NCBI GenBank assembly: GCA_039096225.1
Contig: JBBPEB010000020.1
Location: 372,001-436,000, forward strand
Source: Blastocystis sp. Blastoise
Lineage: Eukaryota; Protista; Bigyra: Opalinata
Length of the DNA: 64,000 nucleotides
Reading direction: 5' to 3'
Below are positions 1 to 14,400 of this stretch, in pieces (positions within the stretch are counted from its first letter, which is position 1; each line of letters opens with the position of its first letter). Below the pieces are notes generated by a model. It worked only from the letters and a program-made list of their open reading frames with translations. It was not told the DNA's origin and did not search any database. The translations under genes were made by a program, and so were the position numbers.

Positions 1-539
1 AGAAATAAATAGAATAAATAAATTAAATTCATAAAAGTATATATATATTAAAGAAACAACAAGATAGAAAAATAGGAGCTAATTCAATTATAAAAATAAT
101 AATACTAATGAAAACAAAATAAATATGTTATGAGAATGATAAGAATATACTAATAGCATAGAAATAAAATAGATATAGCAAAGAATAAACAAAATGAGAA
201 AATGTAAAATAATTATATACCTTAGATTCATTAGTATTGTTTACCAAGACCTTTAGAGTTGATTTGAAACCATATGAAGCTTGTTCTGAATATCTAAACA
301 ATATGTAACCAATTGATCAACTAATTACTATATAAAACAAAATATTTGAAGAGAGTAAACTATATAATATATAGATTTATGACTAGGAAACATACGTAGA
401 TTCATTTTATATGTCTATAATGACAATATATGAAATAAAACAGTATTTGAGTTTCAAGAAATAATCATTCTGAGGATGGAAACAGGGTTAAAACAGCCTA
501 AATAGCGGAAGCAACCTCTTTGATAAAAACTGTTTTGTG

Positions 540-1392
540 ATTCAGTGAACAAGTTTTAAAAATAATTTCTAGAGATTCAAAGTATGGGATAAAAAGTCTT
601 CTTTGATATGGTCCCTATTCTTAAAGTTTTTCAGAATTACTTCAATCCGTGAAAGTCTTATTCAGCATCAGCTTAAATGAACTGCTGAAAGAAGTATATT
701 TTTTAAATATTATTATATGGATTATTTGTTTATTTAGAAGGTTATTTTATACTTTATAATTATATTATATTTTATATGCATATTATTATAGATTAGGAAT
801 GAAATAAATCCAAATAATAAGCCAATTGGTGATTCATTCTTTCAGGTATATGTTTATTTGAATTAGTATTATATATATAGGTTTGGAAACATGATTTAGA
901 GAGCCTGATGACGTTCGCTATTTAATATTGGAAGAAACTATATTTGTCATAATTTCTTGATTGGCAATTTTGGTTTTAGTGTGATCTGGTAGTATATTGT
1001 TTTATATTTTGTTTCTATATTTAATTATTATATAGTGAAGAATTTGAAAGAAAAAATTAAATGAATTACATTTACTGAGAAGAATGTTACCTAGGTCTTT
1101 TTATTATTTTAATGACTTCTCTCATGATCTTACAAGTATATATTTTTATTATTATCAATATACCTCATATTATTATATAGAAATGGTGAATGATCAGTTG
1201 TTTGAAGTTTTATTATCTTTCAAATTCATAGTATCATTGAATTATTGAAGGTATATATATATATAATAATTATCATATCTTTTATAGGTATAACAGAAAC
1301 AAAACAATGATTATGTCAAGATTATTTTAATATATATTCAGTTAAAAGTATATATATTTATTAGAACTTAAACATCATCATCAATAGTTGAT

Positions 1393-1434
<42 letters not shown>

Positions 1435-3393
1435 TATTTATCATTTTTATTCCTTTTATTCATTATATATATATAATATTATTTATTATATATTATCATA
1501 TATAGACGTATTAATGATCACTTGGATAATCAACTCATTATATACATATAGTATATATATCTACATATATTCTTGTTTATATATGTATATATATATATAT
1601 TTATATTAATAACATATGTATATAGATTACATTATTTATTATAATATTTAAGTATTATCTTATTAGCAATCACACAATGTATATATAAATATATATTCCT
1701 ATTTATTAATTTATATTTTAATAATTTGTCTAGAATATTTTGTATATAATATAATATTATGTTATACATTTTCTTTTTCTTTTTATAATCTATTGTTTTT
1801 TATTCTTAAACTTATATATATATATATAGAATTATTACTGCCATTGAATGGTTTGCTTTCTATAATCGATATTACTACATAATACATATTCTTTTTATGT
1901 AAATATATATGTTATATTACTTTTCTATTATTCTTTATCTCTTATTAGTATTATGTTGTTTATTATCTTTTATTTTATTTTTAAACAATGATTATATATA
2001 TATTATATTTCTATTATTAGCTATATGTCATTTTTTATATAGTGAATAGTTATTGTTATATTCAAGATTATTTTTTAGTATATATATATATTATATTATA
2101 TATTATATTATATATTATATTCCATTTTGAGTTATATACTTCATTCTTCTTTCATTTTTAATCTATAAAGTATGAAGTTTATACAAATAGATACGTTTTA
2201 CTAATTATCATTATTTAGATTATTTATACTTTTTATTTCTTATTCATGTTATTATTATTATTATTATTATTAATATTTATTATATATTCATTCTATATGT
2301 ATAAATATATTTAATAACTATCACATTATATGTGTTTATTTATTTAGTTTTATTTAGTTTTATAAGTTATATATATATACTTAGAGATATATGTATATAA
2401 ATTATTATTATGTATTATTTATTTTTATTATATTATTACCATAATATGTCTATTTGCTTACATATGTATATATAGTTGTTTTATTTCATATTCAAACGTT
2501 GCTTTAGTGAACAAATATATATATTTATATATGATATTATAGAATTATTTTGTATTCATTATATATATATATATTATGCATTAATTTTTACATGTTTGTT
2601 ATACTTAATATATATATATATATGTAATTATTTTATATCTATATATATACATATATATATATAGATATCATTGATATTAATATTCAAAGTATATATATAT
2701 AAACATATATAGACTTATATATAGTATTTTATATGTATTCATATTATAATATATTATGTATAGTTAAATAGTTATATGTAAGTCATCCTTTCATGTTTCT
2801 TATGAATTTATATAAATATAGTTCTTTAATTCTGAATATGTATATATTATTATATATATCATCTTATTCTATATATATTATGTATTTTTTTATTAATATA
2901 AAAGATAATATTTTGTGTATTTAATATTTTATATCAATTATTCTTCTATTTAACTCTTTTATATCATTTATCTTTCTACAACTTTATTATTTATTATCTT
3001 TTTTAAATACCATTTACCATATAGTTTATTATACATACATATAGTAATAGTCATAGCGCTTCTTTATGTATGTTTTATTCAATTATGTTAGTATATGTAT
3101 TGTGGTATATATGTATATTAATTGTCTTTTATTTATATATCGTTTTGTATTTATTTTGAAATAAAGATTATATACATATAGTTATTATGTATATATATAT
3201 ATATATATAACATTATTGATGTGAGCAATTTATTTTTCGTAATATATATTAAGTCTACTTCTCTTATATATAAATATATCTAATAATTTACTATATGTTT
3301 TCCAACTTTATATATATATATATATGTATTTACTATTTTCTATTATTATTATATATATATTGCTAATGAAATTAAGATATTGTCCAGGTAAGA

Positions 3394-3424
<31 letters not shown>

Positions 3425-3836
3425 TTGTTTTTATTCTTATAAGTATTATGTTCTTATATTATATTTAGATATGTTTTTTTCTTTTTGTTTTTTTTTTTTA
3501 ATTATACTGTAAATATAAATACATAACTTTCTACTCTGCTTATTACTTCTTTTATAGTATATATCTATATTTCTTTCTATAAATATGTCATTCATCTATA
3601 TGCTATTATATATATTTTAGAATCCAAGCTCCTAATAGAAACTACTATAATTAATGATGATACAACCTTTTTGGTATATACATATTTATACTATTATTAG
3701 TTTTTTATAACTTATTATGTAATATTTTATTAATATTTTAACCAAATTTATTTATATATTATTATTCATTTTCTTTATTCTCTAACTATTTATAGAACAT
3801 ATCCTTAGCTTGTCTCCTATGTATATATGGCTTTAA

Positions 3837-3867
<31 letters not shown>

Positions 3868-3974
3868 TCTCTTTTTATATCTCTGATACATTATACTTAT
3901 CACATATTAATAGTTATCTTTTATTATAAGGTTTTTATTATATAGATTATTATTAATAGGTATAATGGAGTATT

Positions 3975-4000
<26 letters not shown>
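540..4000 (+). pseudogene. Heavily decayed multi-exon host gene fragment(s), product unrecognisable
   Basis: Exon-like blocks bounded by gtatat...atag introns (e.g. IRNEINPNNKPIGDSFFQ, VWKHDLESLMTFAI*YWKKLYLS*) with many in-frame TAA/TAG/TGA; becomes almost pure A/T after ~1400. Confidence 0.5.
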
Positions 4001-4006
<6 letters not shown>

Positions 4007-4081
4007 TATAATTATATAATTATATTTTGGGTTTTTGTCTGTTAAACATATATACATGGTTATATTCAAATAATTAATATT

Positions 4082-4149
4082 CCTTAGACTGAATATGGTT
4101 AGTAGCAATCATTAATAGATTGTTATCAGGTTCAATTCCTGATCTAGGG
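4082..4149 (+). ncRNA. tRNA-like cloverleaf, copy 1 (non-canonical)
   Basis: CCTTAGA/TCTAGGG 7-bp stem; CTGA-ATATGG-TTAG; TAGCAATC-ATTAATA-GATTGTTA; TCAGG-TTCAATT-CCTGA (B-box); T5 run ~14 nt downstream. Confidence 0.7.
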
Positions 4150-5670
4150 TCATATATTATACTTTTTATAAAAAAATTTAAATATTTTTCTCTATAGATA
4201 TTCTCATTCATTAGAACCAGTATGAAAGGGTATATTGAGTTTCATGTAATTAAATAAACTCTATACATTGCTAGTCGCTTTTCTATAATGTTTTTAGTTT
4301 ACTATATTCAACACACAACACATTCACAATTGCATTCACTTAGAATACCATATTCATTATTTTGATTTGCTATATATCCTATTGATCAATTCTACACACA
4401 AATAAAAAATAAATATTCATCAATAACATCTTGAAGTCTATAAACACGCAATGCATTATTAGTTTATACTCTTAAAAAGCATTTTAACTGTTTATATTAA
4501 CATGATTGACACTAAAAGTCATTTGTAACATTTATAAACCACTCTTGAGACTTTTAAAGAACCTTGACAAATCTACATTACCTAGAAAACTATTATAATT
4601 AACTTTAGTTTATATAGGTCATAATTAAATTTAAATTATTAACAGAATGTCAGAATAAATGCATTCTAACTCAACATATCACGGAGAAAAATTAATTCTG
4701 TTTGTAACTTCTCTAAAATTGAATTAATTAGTGAAATACGTATTCAAACTAATGTTGAATTTAAATTCAAACACACACAAACTCACCTTTTCTGACAGTT
4801 CTACACATTTAGGCAATCTAGTGACTATCACATAATCGACTAATTTTTGTTGTCTTCATCAAGTCTAACTATTTCCTCATGGCCGTAACCATTAATTTTA
4901 TTTTATTCAACACTCTATAAATAATTAATCAATTAACTAATTTTATTTACATAATTACATACTCCAACAACAACAACAAGACATCAGGAGTAATAATAAC
5001 GGTTTAAAGTATTTAAATTAAATAATAAATAATAAAAAGTAGAAATATTAAGATTTCAATAAAATTTAATAAGTTAATTTATAGTGAAGTTTCAATAATC
5101 ATATATAAAATATGATTTATTTCGTTTTTGTATGTTTTAAGTATATATTTATCTATATATAGGCCCTAGGAGTATAGTAGAGTACCTTCCAGTCTCCATT
5201 GGCAGATTGATCTGTTGTGCTATGTTCTCTTTCTCTATGGTGAGCTTGTCTGAGTGGTGTAAAGTGGTTGAGCTAGATGATCTGCTATTGTATTGTGGTT
5301 TAAATTGGATGATGTGACGTCACCATACAAAACTATTTCTTTAGGCTTTCTCACTGAGTAGCAATTGGTCGGTTATATTAACTGAGCGTGGCTTGATACT
5401 TTCAAAAAAAAAACTACTTAATTGGATAAACAGATTGGTCTTAAATTGCAGAGAAGCATGGATCTCTTCACTTAATCACTACCTATAACACTCAAATGCT
5501 TATAATTAGAGTTAGTTGGTATTAGTCATATTCAGATTCTAGATGTATATATTTTCTGCATTTATTTTCTTTATAATTATAATTATAATATTATATAGAT
5601 ATTTATATAGGTTATTATATAGTTATTAAGCCTAGTTCTTGTTCTTCTTGTCACTAACTTCTTGTTTTTT

Positions 5671-5707
<37 letters not shown>

Positions 5708-5832
5708 GACTTTTTTTATTTTGCTTATATATTATTATTTTCTTTATTATTAAGAATAAATTTTGTTCATATTTATTATTAGTTTTATTCAATATATTTA
5801 TTGACTTTGTTCTATTCTTCTCTTTTTTTATT

Positions 5833-5870
<38 letters not shown>

Positions 5871-5899
5871 CAAAACTTTTATATATTTGTTTTTCTTCA

Positions 5900-8100
5900 T
5901 TCTTATTTTCTCCTCTTGTCCTCTATTGGCCTTGTTCTCCTCTTCTCTCTTCCATTCATCTACTCTCTAGTTTCTACTCATTTTATATTCTTATACTCTT
6001 ATGTTATATAGAACAGTTATTGTTTTTCTTAATATTACTTTATAGTATGTTTTATTTCATGTTCTTCTATTCTATATTCTAGTTTTTCCTTCACTTTCTT
6101 CTTTCCTCCATTAATTATTACTGGTTCTTCTTCTCCTATCATTACCTACTCTCTTCATTTCCTTCTCTTTATCATGATCTTCTTCTTTTTCATTTCCTTC
6201 AACTCTTCCTTTTCCTATTCTTCTTCTCCATTTCCTTCTATATTATTACTTCTTTTTCTCCTCTTCTTCCAATTATACTTTCTTTATTTCTTATTCATTT
6301 TAATTATTCATCTACACATTGTTTCTATTTTCCTTCTTCTTCTATATATCCTTATTTTTTGTCTCCTTGTTCATTCCTTTCTCGTTCTTTTTCATCTATT
6401 TATCCTTCTTCTATTTATTTTAATTCTGAATCACCTTCTCTCTATCTCTTTCTGTTTCTTCTTCTTCTATTTAATCTTATTTTTCTTCTTCTCGTCTTCT
6501 TCTCTTTCTATACATTCTTCTCTGTATATATTTTTTTCTCTCTATCTCCTTCATCTGTATTTTCTCTTCTATTTATCCTTATTCTTATTCTACATTTTCT
6601 CCATATCATTCTCCTCCTATATCTTATGTATCTCCTTTATCTCTTTATTCTTCATCTATATCTTCTATTTATCATTCTTCTTCTATATATTCTTATTCAC
6701 TTTTTTTCTTCTATATATTCATATTCTCTTTATTCTTCTTTATCCTCGTCTATATTTCTTTCTTCAATATTATCGGCATCTTCTTCTTCTTCTATATCTT
6801 GTATATCTTCTATTTATCATTATTTTCCAACATATTCTTCTGTGGTACTTCTTCTTTTTTTGTATTTTTCCTTCTTTTTTTATATCTTCATTAATCTTTC
6901 TTCTTCGTCTTTATATTATTATTCTCCTTATTCTTCTTTATTTTCTTCTTCTTCTTCTACTTGTTTTTGTTATTCTTTATTCTTCTCTTTCTTCTTCTTC
7001 TTCTTCGATATATTCTTCTTTTCTTTCTTTTACTTATTCTCCTTTTCAGTTGTCTTCTCTTCATATATCCTTCTTCTTCTCTGTCTCTTTCTCTCTCTAT
7101 CTCATTCTACTTCTTTTTTCTATTCATCTTTCTTCTCCTCCTTTTCTTCATTTCATCCTTCTCCTTCTCCTTCTTCTATTCATCTTTCTCCTCCTTCTTC
7201 TTCTCCTCCTTCTTCTTCTATTTATCTTTCTTCTTCTTTAATTTATCTTTCTTCTTCTTCTAATTATCTTTCTTCTTCTTCTATTCATCTTTCTTCTTCT
7301 ATTCATCTTTCTCTCCTTATTCTATTAATCTTTCTTCTTCTTCTTCTTCTTCTTATCCTCCTTCTATTCATTTCTTCCTTCTCCTCCTCCTCCTCCTTCT
7401 TCTTCTTCTTCTATTTATCCTTCATCTCCTTCTTTCGCTTCTCTATCTCCTTCTTCTTCTTCTTCTTCTTATTCTACATATCATTTTTCCACTTTTTCTA
7501 TATCTTTCGCTTCTTCACTTTCTATATCTTCTGTATATCATTCCTCTCCTTCTTCTTCAACATCTTCTTTTTATATCTTATAATTCTTTCCTCTTTATAT
7601 TATTCTCATTTCATTCCATTTCATCTATTTTTCTATATCTCATTATTTTCAATATTTATTATACAGAATATCATTTATATTTAATGTTTTTCACTTTCAT
7701 TATCTTTTCCATATACATTATAGTCTTATTTGCTTTTCCTACATCTTCACTTGTTCTTCTTATGTGTATTCTCCTCATATTTTTATTTCTTTTCTAATAG
7801 ATTTTCCTTTATAGTTCTTCTAACTCTTCTCTACATTCTTTCTTCTTTATCTCTTATACTTGACTTTCTAGTCTCCATCTTTCTTTTTTTTTATCTTCTT
7901 ATCTTATTATCTATATGTACTTCCTCTTCCTCTAATTCTTCTTTATACATATAAATTCTTTTCGCTCTTTATCCTTCTAATCAATTCCTTCTTCTTCTCA
8001 TTTAATTAATATTTTTCTTCTTCTTTATTTATTTTCCCTTATTCTCCTTATTCTTGTCTTCAATTTTTTTCTATATTCAATTCTTATTTTTCATTATCTT
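5900..8100 (-). pseudogene. Decayed Glu/Lys/Arg-rich coiled-coil protein coding fragment
   Basis: Minus strand reads EEER*IEEER*LEEEER*IKEEER*IEEE around 7200-7310; stops fall where CGA/CAA are expected. The plus-strand F/S/L ORFs are its antisense. Confidence 0.65.
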
Positions 8101-8261
8101 TTATATCTATATATATATATATATATATACATACTTCTCTTCACATTTTAATTATTTCTATCTGTTATACTTATTAATATAATATTTTTTTTTATTAATA
8201 AAAAGATTTTCCCATTTTTATTTCTTATTTATATTTCTTATTTCATTAATTTATATACTAC

Positions 8262-8328
<67 letters not shown>

Positions 8329-8383
8329 TATATATATATTGGATATTATGTATTTTAATATTATTATCATTATTATTATTACT

Positions 8384-8449
8384 CTTATGCTCTATAAGGT
8401 GAGAGGCTATCATAATTAGATAGCAATCAGGTTCAACTCCTGACATAAG
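8384..8449 (+). ncRNA. tRNA-like cloverleaf, copy 2
   Basis: CTTATG/CATAAG; CTCT-ATAAGGTG-AGAG; GCTATC-ATAATTA-GATAGC; TCAGG-TTCAACT-CCTGA. Confidence 0.7.
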
Positions 8450-9676
8450 TCATTCCTTATATATATATATATATATATATTGATATTTTATTTAATAAAC
8501 ATTTTAATTATATGTTCTTTTTACACTTATGAATGCATTTATTAAATTATTTATAGCTCTTCATCCTTCAAAACTTCATAGTTTCTGAAATGAGTTGTAA
8601 TCTGCTTTATTCTCAACAGTGTATCTTATTCAAAATATGTTAGAATTGAGTTAAATGCAGTTTTAAAACTTAGATTCATTTTTTATTTTCAAAATATACT
8701 CAAATACAGAGTCTATTTAGCAATCATTAATACTTTAACAACTGTAGTTTATTATTTTAAACTGAATTCTGGTCAGTATGCTCAACATAAGCAACCAAAC
8801 ACAACACATACACATTCATGATTTTTAAACAACATTTTCCATTTCGACATTTACTTGATCCATTATAAAACTATCTGTCCTTTTGATATAGTATCGAGAA
8901 ACTAATATCATATACCAAACAAAACTTGTTAACTTGAATCTCGTCATCTATTAAATACTTTTCTTAATCAATTCACAGTTCATACTCTTAAAACAGTTAT
9001 TTGAGATTAATATTTATATGTTTGTCTTTAAACAATGTAACTATGACATTGTAATAGTATATATGAAAATATAAAGAATCAACAAATCTGTTAATTATCA
9101 AAAAATAAGTTCTATTTTCTAAAAACATCTTTATAATATTTATAAACTCATATACTATAAATACATAGATCTTATATAAAGTATTCATTGAGTAAATTAA
9201 TTTGTCAGTAAATTAAAAGTATGTTATATAACGTAATTCTATGTTATCTTTTTAATAAAGTTTATTTCATAGCTGTTTATGGCTTATTTGTCTATCAAAC
9301 TTATTTTTTAAAACAATTACAGACAATTATGTTATGATCCTTGTCTATATTGTTATTCTATTGAACTAATAGTATAAATACAAGTTATATAACAAAATAA
9401 ATGTATATATTGATTAAAATAAGGAATGAATATAAATAAATAAAAATAGATAAAATTGCCAAAAAGCAAATTCTTAGAATTATATAGTACAATAAACGAA
9501 CTTCTAATAGAAACTTAAAAATCGATTGATTGGATCAAATAGTCAAATCATAACGTCATAATATGAATTATTCTTTTAATTTTTTATTAATTTAAATTCT
9601 ATAAATACATCTAATAAACACGGTTATTATATAAATTAATACGATTGGACAATGAAATCAAAATGTTAACAGATAC

Positions 9677-9751
9677 TTTTGGGTATTTCTACCAAATCAT
9701 ACAAAAAATTGGGTATGTATACAAATCAATAGGGAAATCTGGGTATTTCTA
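9677..9751. mobile_element. Possible Mutator-like terminal repeat abutting a (TTA)n tract
   Basis: Minus strand starts GGAAAAATGTTAGAAATACCC with three ATACCCA sub-repeats, resembling MULE TIRs; no partner TIR found in the window. Confidence 0.3.
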
Positions 9752-10496
<745 letters not shown>

Positions 10497-11165
10497 TCAG
10501 GATCAAATCTAATGTTTTTCATTCATATGATAAAGCTGTCATAATAGCCGACTCAGCTTTTGGAAATGCACATACTATTTCTCAAATGAAGATTAATAAA
10601 ATAAACTTCGTATTTGCTCTTCCTTCTCATGCGTTCTCAATACATCAGAAAGTTTTACAGTTTAATCTACCTTGTAATTCAAATAGAATACTCATGAATC
10701 AAAATAGTAAAGATATTATTAGTTGTGAATCATTCATTAATGTAGAAAAAGGGGTTGTAGCAAACAAATGTGTATATTCAAATTTCTTCAAGCTCGGTTC
10801 GTGTGGTGTAAAGTGTCCAAAAGATATTATTGGTATGTATAAATTAGCAGATATAATATATATTTTCTTATTATTATAGAACAATATTCACCTATAATGC
10901 CAAATTATACCTATGATGAGCTTAAACCATTAAAGGTTGACGACTTGAAAGATATTTGCAGAACAAATGGACTATCTCGTATATATATATATATATATAT
11001 ATATAAACTTTCGTCGTAATTATTTCATTTATTAATATCTATATCAACATATTATAAAGAATTTGATATAATTATATATAAATGTTTCTATTGTATGTTC
11101 TTATTATATGTCATTTTTTATTTAAAATGTTATTTTTTTAAAATTATTATAGTTATTATTATTTA

Positions 11166-11194
11166 CTAGCGGGTGGCATCGGCTTCGCCGATGC
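11166..11194 (-). terminator. Helitron 3' hairpin + CTAG
   Basis: 8-bp GC-rich stem with GAA loop, 6 nt upstream of CTAG, followed by T. Confidence 0.92.
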
Positions 11195-11445
11195 TATGTA
11201 TCTATTAAGTCTATTTCAGTAAATTATTTCTTGTTCTTTGTTATTTATTTATTTATTTTTGATAATGATAAAGAATTATAAACTAAACAATATAAATTTT
11301 AAGAATTAATTATTAACAAATAAAAATAAACAAATATACAATTTAAAATTGAAAATTAACAAAAAGTATTCATAAACAATAAGAAAAATAAGAAAAATTA
11401 GAAAATCGAAAAAAACATATAACAAAATACAACAACAAAAATAAA

Positions 11446-14400
11446 TTATAATACTCCATTAAATACACAATTTTTAGTATACCATTCATTACTATTTCTG
11501 ATTAATTGACCTTGATTAATATTATCATTCTTTATAAACATTTTTATACCATGAAAAGAACGTACTCTACTTAAAGCAACATATAATTGACCATGACTAA
11601 ATACAGGTCTTTCTAAATAAATACCTACATTTTGAAATGTTTGACCTTGTGATTTATTAATAGTCATAGCAAAAGCTAATCTGACAGGAAATTGTTTTCT
11701 ACTTAACTTACATGGTAAATCACTATCGTCTACTATAAATTTAATTCTTGGAATCAATACTATATCTTGTCCTTCTAACATATTATCAGTTCTTACTAAT
11801 AATTGACTTCTTATTACATTTGGTTTTGTATCTAATACTACTAATCTCGTTCCATTACATAATCCTCTCTTTATATCTAGATTTCTTAATAACATAATAA
11901 CTGAACCTCTTTTCAATTCTAAATCATGAGGTGGACATCCTTGAGGAATTAAACTATTTAAATATTCTGTACTATAAGCATCTCTTTCATCTATATCTTC
12001 TACTTCTTCTGCTAATTCATCATGACTATAATAATGATGAGAACTTGATCTTATCATATTTTGAATTCTTTCATTAATTAAAAATGCTTGTTCATTTGTT
12101 GCACATAATATACAATTTGAAGCTAATTTCTGTCTATATATATCTGTATTTGAATCATTAATAAATTCATGAAATATCTCTTCACCTATATTCTCATCAC
12201 AAATACATTCTCTTGGAATATGTACTTTATCTTTTGATAATAATCTTAATTCATTATTACATCTATCACCATTTCCTATCTTCAATAAGAATTCTTTAAA
12301 TTCTATTTCATTTGCATTTGCTCTCATATTTTCTGTTAATTGAAATTGATTAAATTCATTCCAAATATCTAAATATTTAATACATAAAGGAACTATATCA
12401 GCTTCTTTTCCATGAGCTACTACTGGTAAACATTGTCTAAAATCTCCACCTAATACTATTGTTTTACCTGCAAATGGAATATCTATCTCATCATTATATA
12501 AGAATCTTAATAATCGATCAACTACTTTTAAAGCATATTTAGAAGCCATAGGAGCTTCATCCCATATTATTATTTTACATTTCTTAATTTGTTCTGCTCT
12601 TGGAGATCCTCTTGAAATAGAAGAAGAAGAAGATTCATTTAATTCAAAAGGTAATCCAAATTGTGAATGAGATGTTTTTCCTCCACATAATAAAGTAGCT
12701 GCAATACCTGTCCATGCAACTGCTATCACATCATCTATATTATTTCTTATTGATTTAATTATTGTATTATAAAGAAATGTTTTTCCAGTTCCTCCTGGTC
12801 CATCTATAAAAAACATATTATTTCTATGAGGTTCATTATTATTCACTGATTCCATTATTGATTCATATACTCTTCTTTGTCCTTCATTCAATAAACTTAT
12901 ATTTCTTTCTGCTATTCTATGATCTTCTTCAAAATTAATTCCTTCAGATTCATAATCTATCATATTAGTATTATTATCAAATTGTGGTAAATTAGTACTT
13001 TGATATCCTCCATTATGTTTATTTGTATCTATAACACTTCTTATATGATTTAATGCTCTAGGTATACAATATTCTTCTATTATTCTATTCACTTCATTAT
13101 CTTCTGAATCTAATACATATATATCTTGTCTATCTATACTTATATATTCATTTATATATTGATGAAAGAAATCATCTATCATATCATTCCTATAAGTATT
13201 CCAAATAGATAATGGATCAGTAATAGGATAATAAGAACAAAGTAAACCAAATAATTGTCTTAATTGCCAAGGAGTAGCATCTATTACTTCATTTGCAAGA
13301 ATATCATAATATTCTGTATCATCTACTAATAATCCTCTTGCTATACAGGATTCTCTATATGTATTATATATTTGACCTTCATAACATTTTAAATCATCAA
13401 AACTTAATGGACGACTCACATGTAATAAAAGAACTCTTAAACAAAATAAATTATCATTTGTAGGATCTATATAAGGAAGTCTTCCTATTACTTTATTATT
13501 TCTTCTTCTATGATTCCATTTCTTTAATTTTGAATCATATGTATAATATTTAGGAAATTCTATATAAGTTAAAATAGAGGGTTCATCCATTGTTCCTCTT
13601 GATTCTTCATTTATATATAAATCATTCATTTTAAAATATGCTGTTAACATTGTATCTTGATTCATTATTCTATCTAAAGCTCTTTCTTCATCTCCTTCCA
13701 CATAATATATAGTTCTATCATTCTCATCATGAATATCTAAAGTAATTACACTCACATTACAATATTTTATTGGAAATCCATATATTCTCCACATAGCTTC
13801 AGGAGCTGATAAATATCTTCCTTTTAAATAAGATTTCATTTCATTTGGTATTTCTATTTCATTTCTATTTGAATTATTTGGATTATTATTATTAGCATTA
13901 TTATTACTATTATCTTCTCTTTCTATTTCTGCATTAATAGAATCATGTCCTTTAAAAGCATATTTAAATATATATTTAGGACTTCTTACTGAAGAACATA
14001 CTTCTACATTAATATGACAACCTATTCTTAATGATAAATATGGATTATATGGAACTACCCATCTATTATCTAAAGTATTATTTACATTTGATTGCCTACC
14101 TATTACATATACTCTACCATTATCTCTTCTTCTATAATTTGGATATCCATCTTCATTTATTGTAGTTTCATTTCTATAATCTTTTGGAAATTTCTTTGAA
14201 CAATATTGTTGACCATTTATTTCTTTCATACATTGAGATGTTCTTGTATGAGGACCATGCATATTCATTGAAGTAATAATTTCATATAATCTTGGATTCT
14301 TTATAGGATCAGGAATTTCTGCACATATATAGGAATCTATATCTTCAGGAGTTCTTAATTTATATTCATTCTCTAAAGTAATTAAAATATGTGCATGAGG

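Noticed and set aside
1388-3512. Short IY-rich ORFs
   Set aside because: Chance ORFs across (TA)n tracts with no coding signal.
6174-7954. Long Phe/Ser/Leu-rich plus-strand ORFs as membrane proteins
   Set aside because: They are the antisense shadow of a decayed GAA/AGA-rich minus-strand coding region.
4082-8449. Canonical tRNA-Leu(TAA)/Ile(AAT) genes
   Set aside because: No U8/9 linker, no variable loop, A at 32 and T at 37, and the loop is not conserved between copies.
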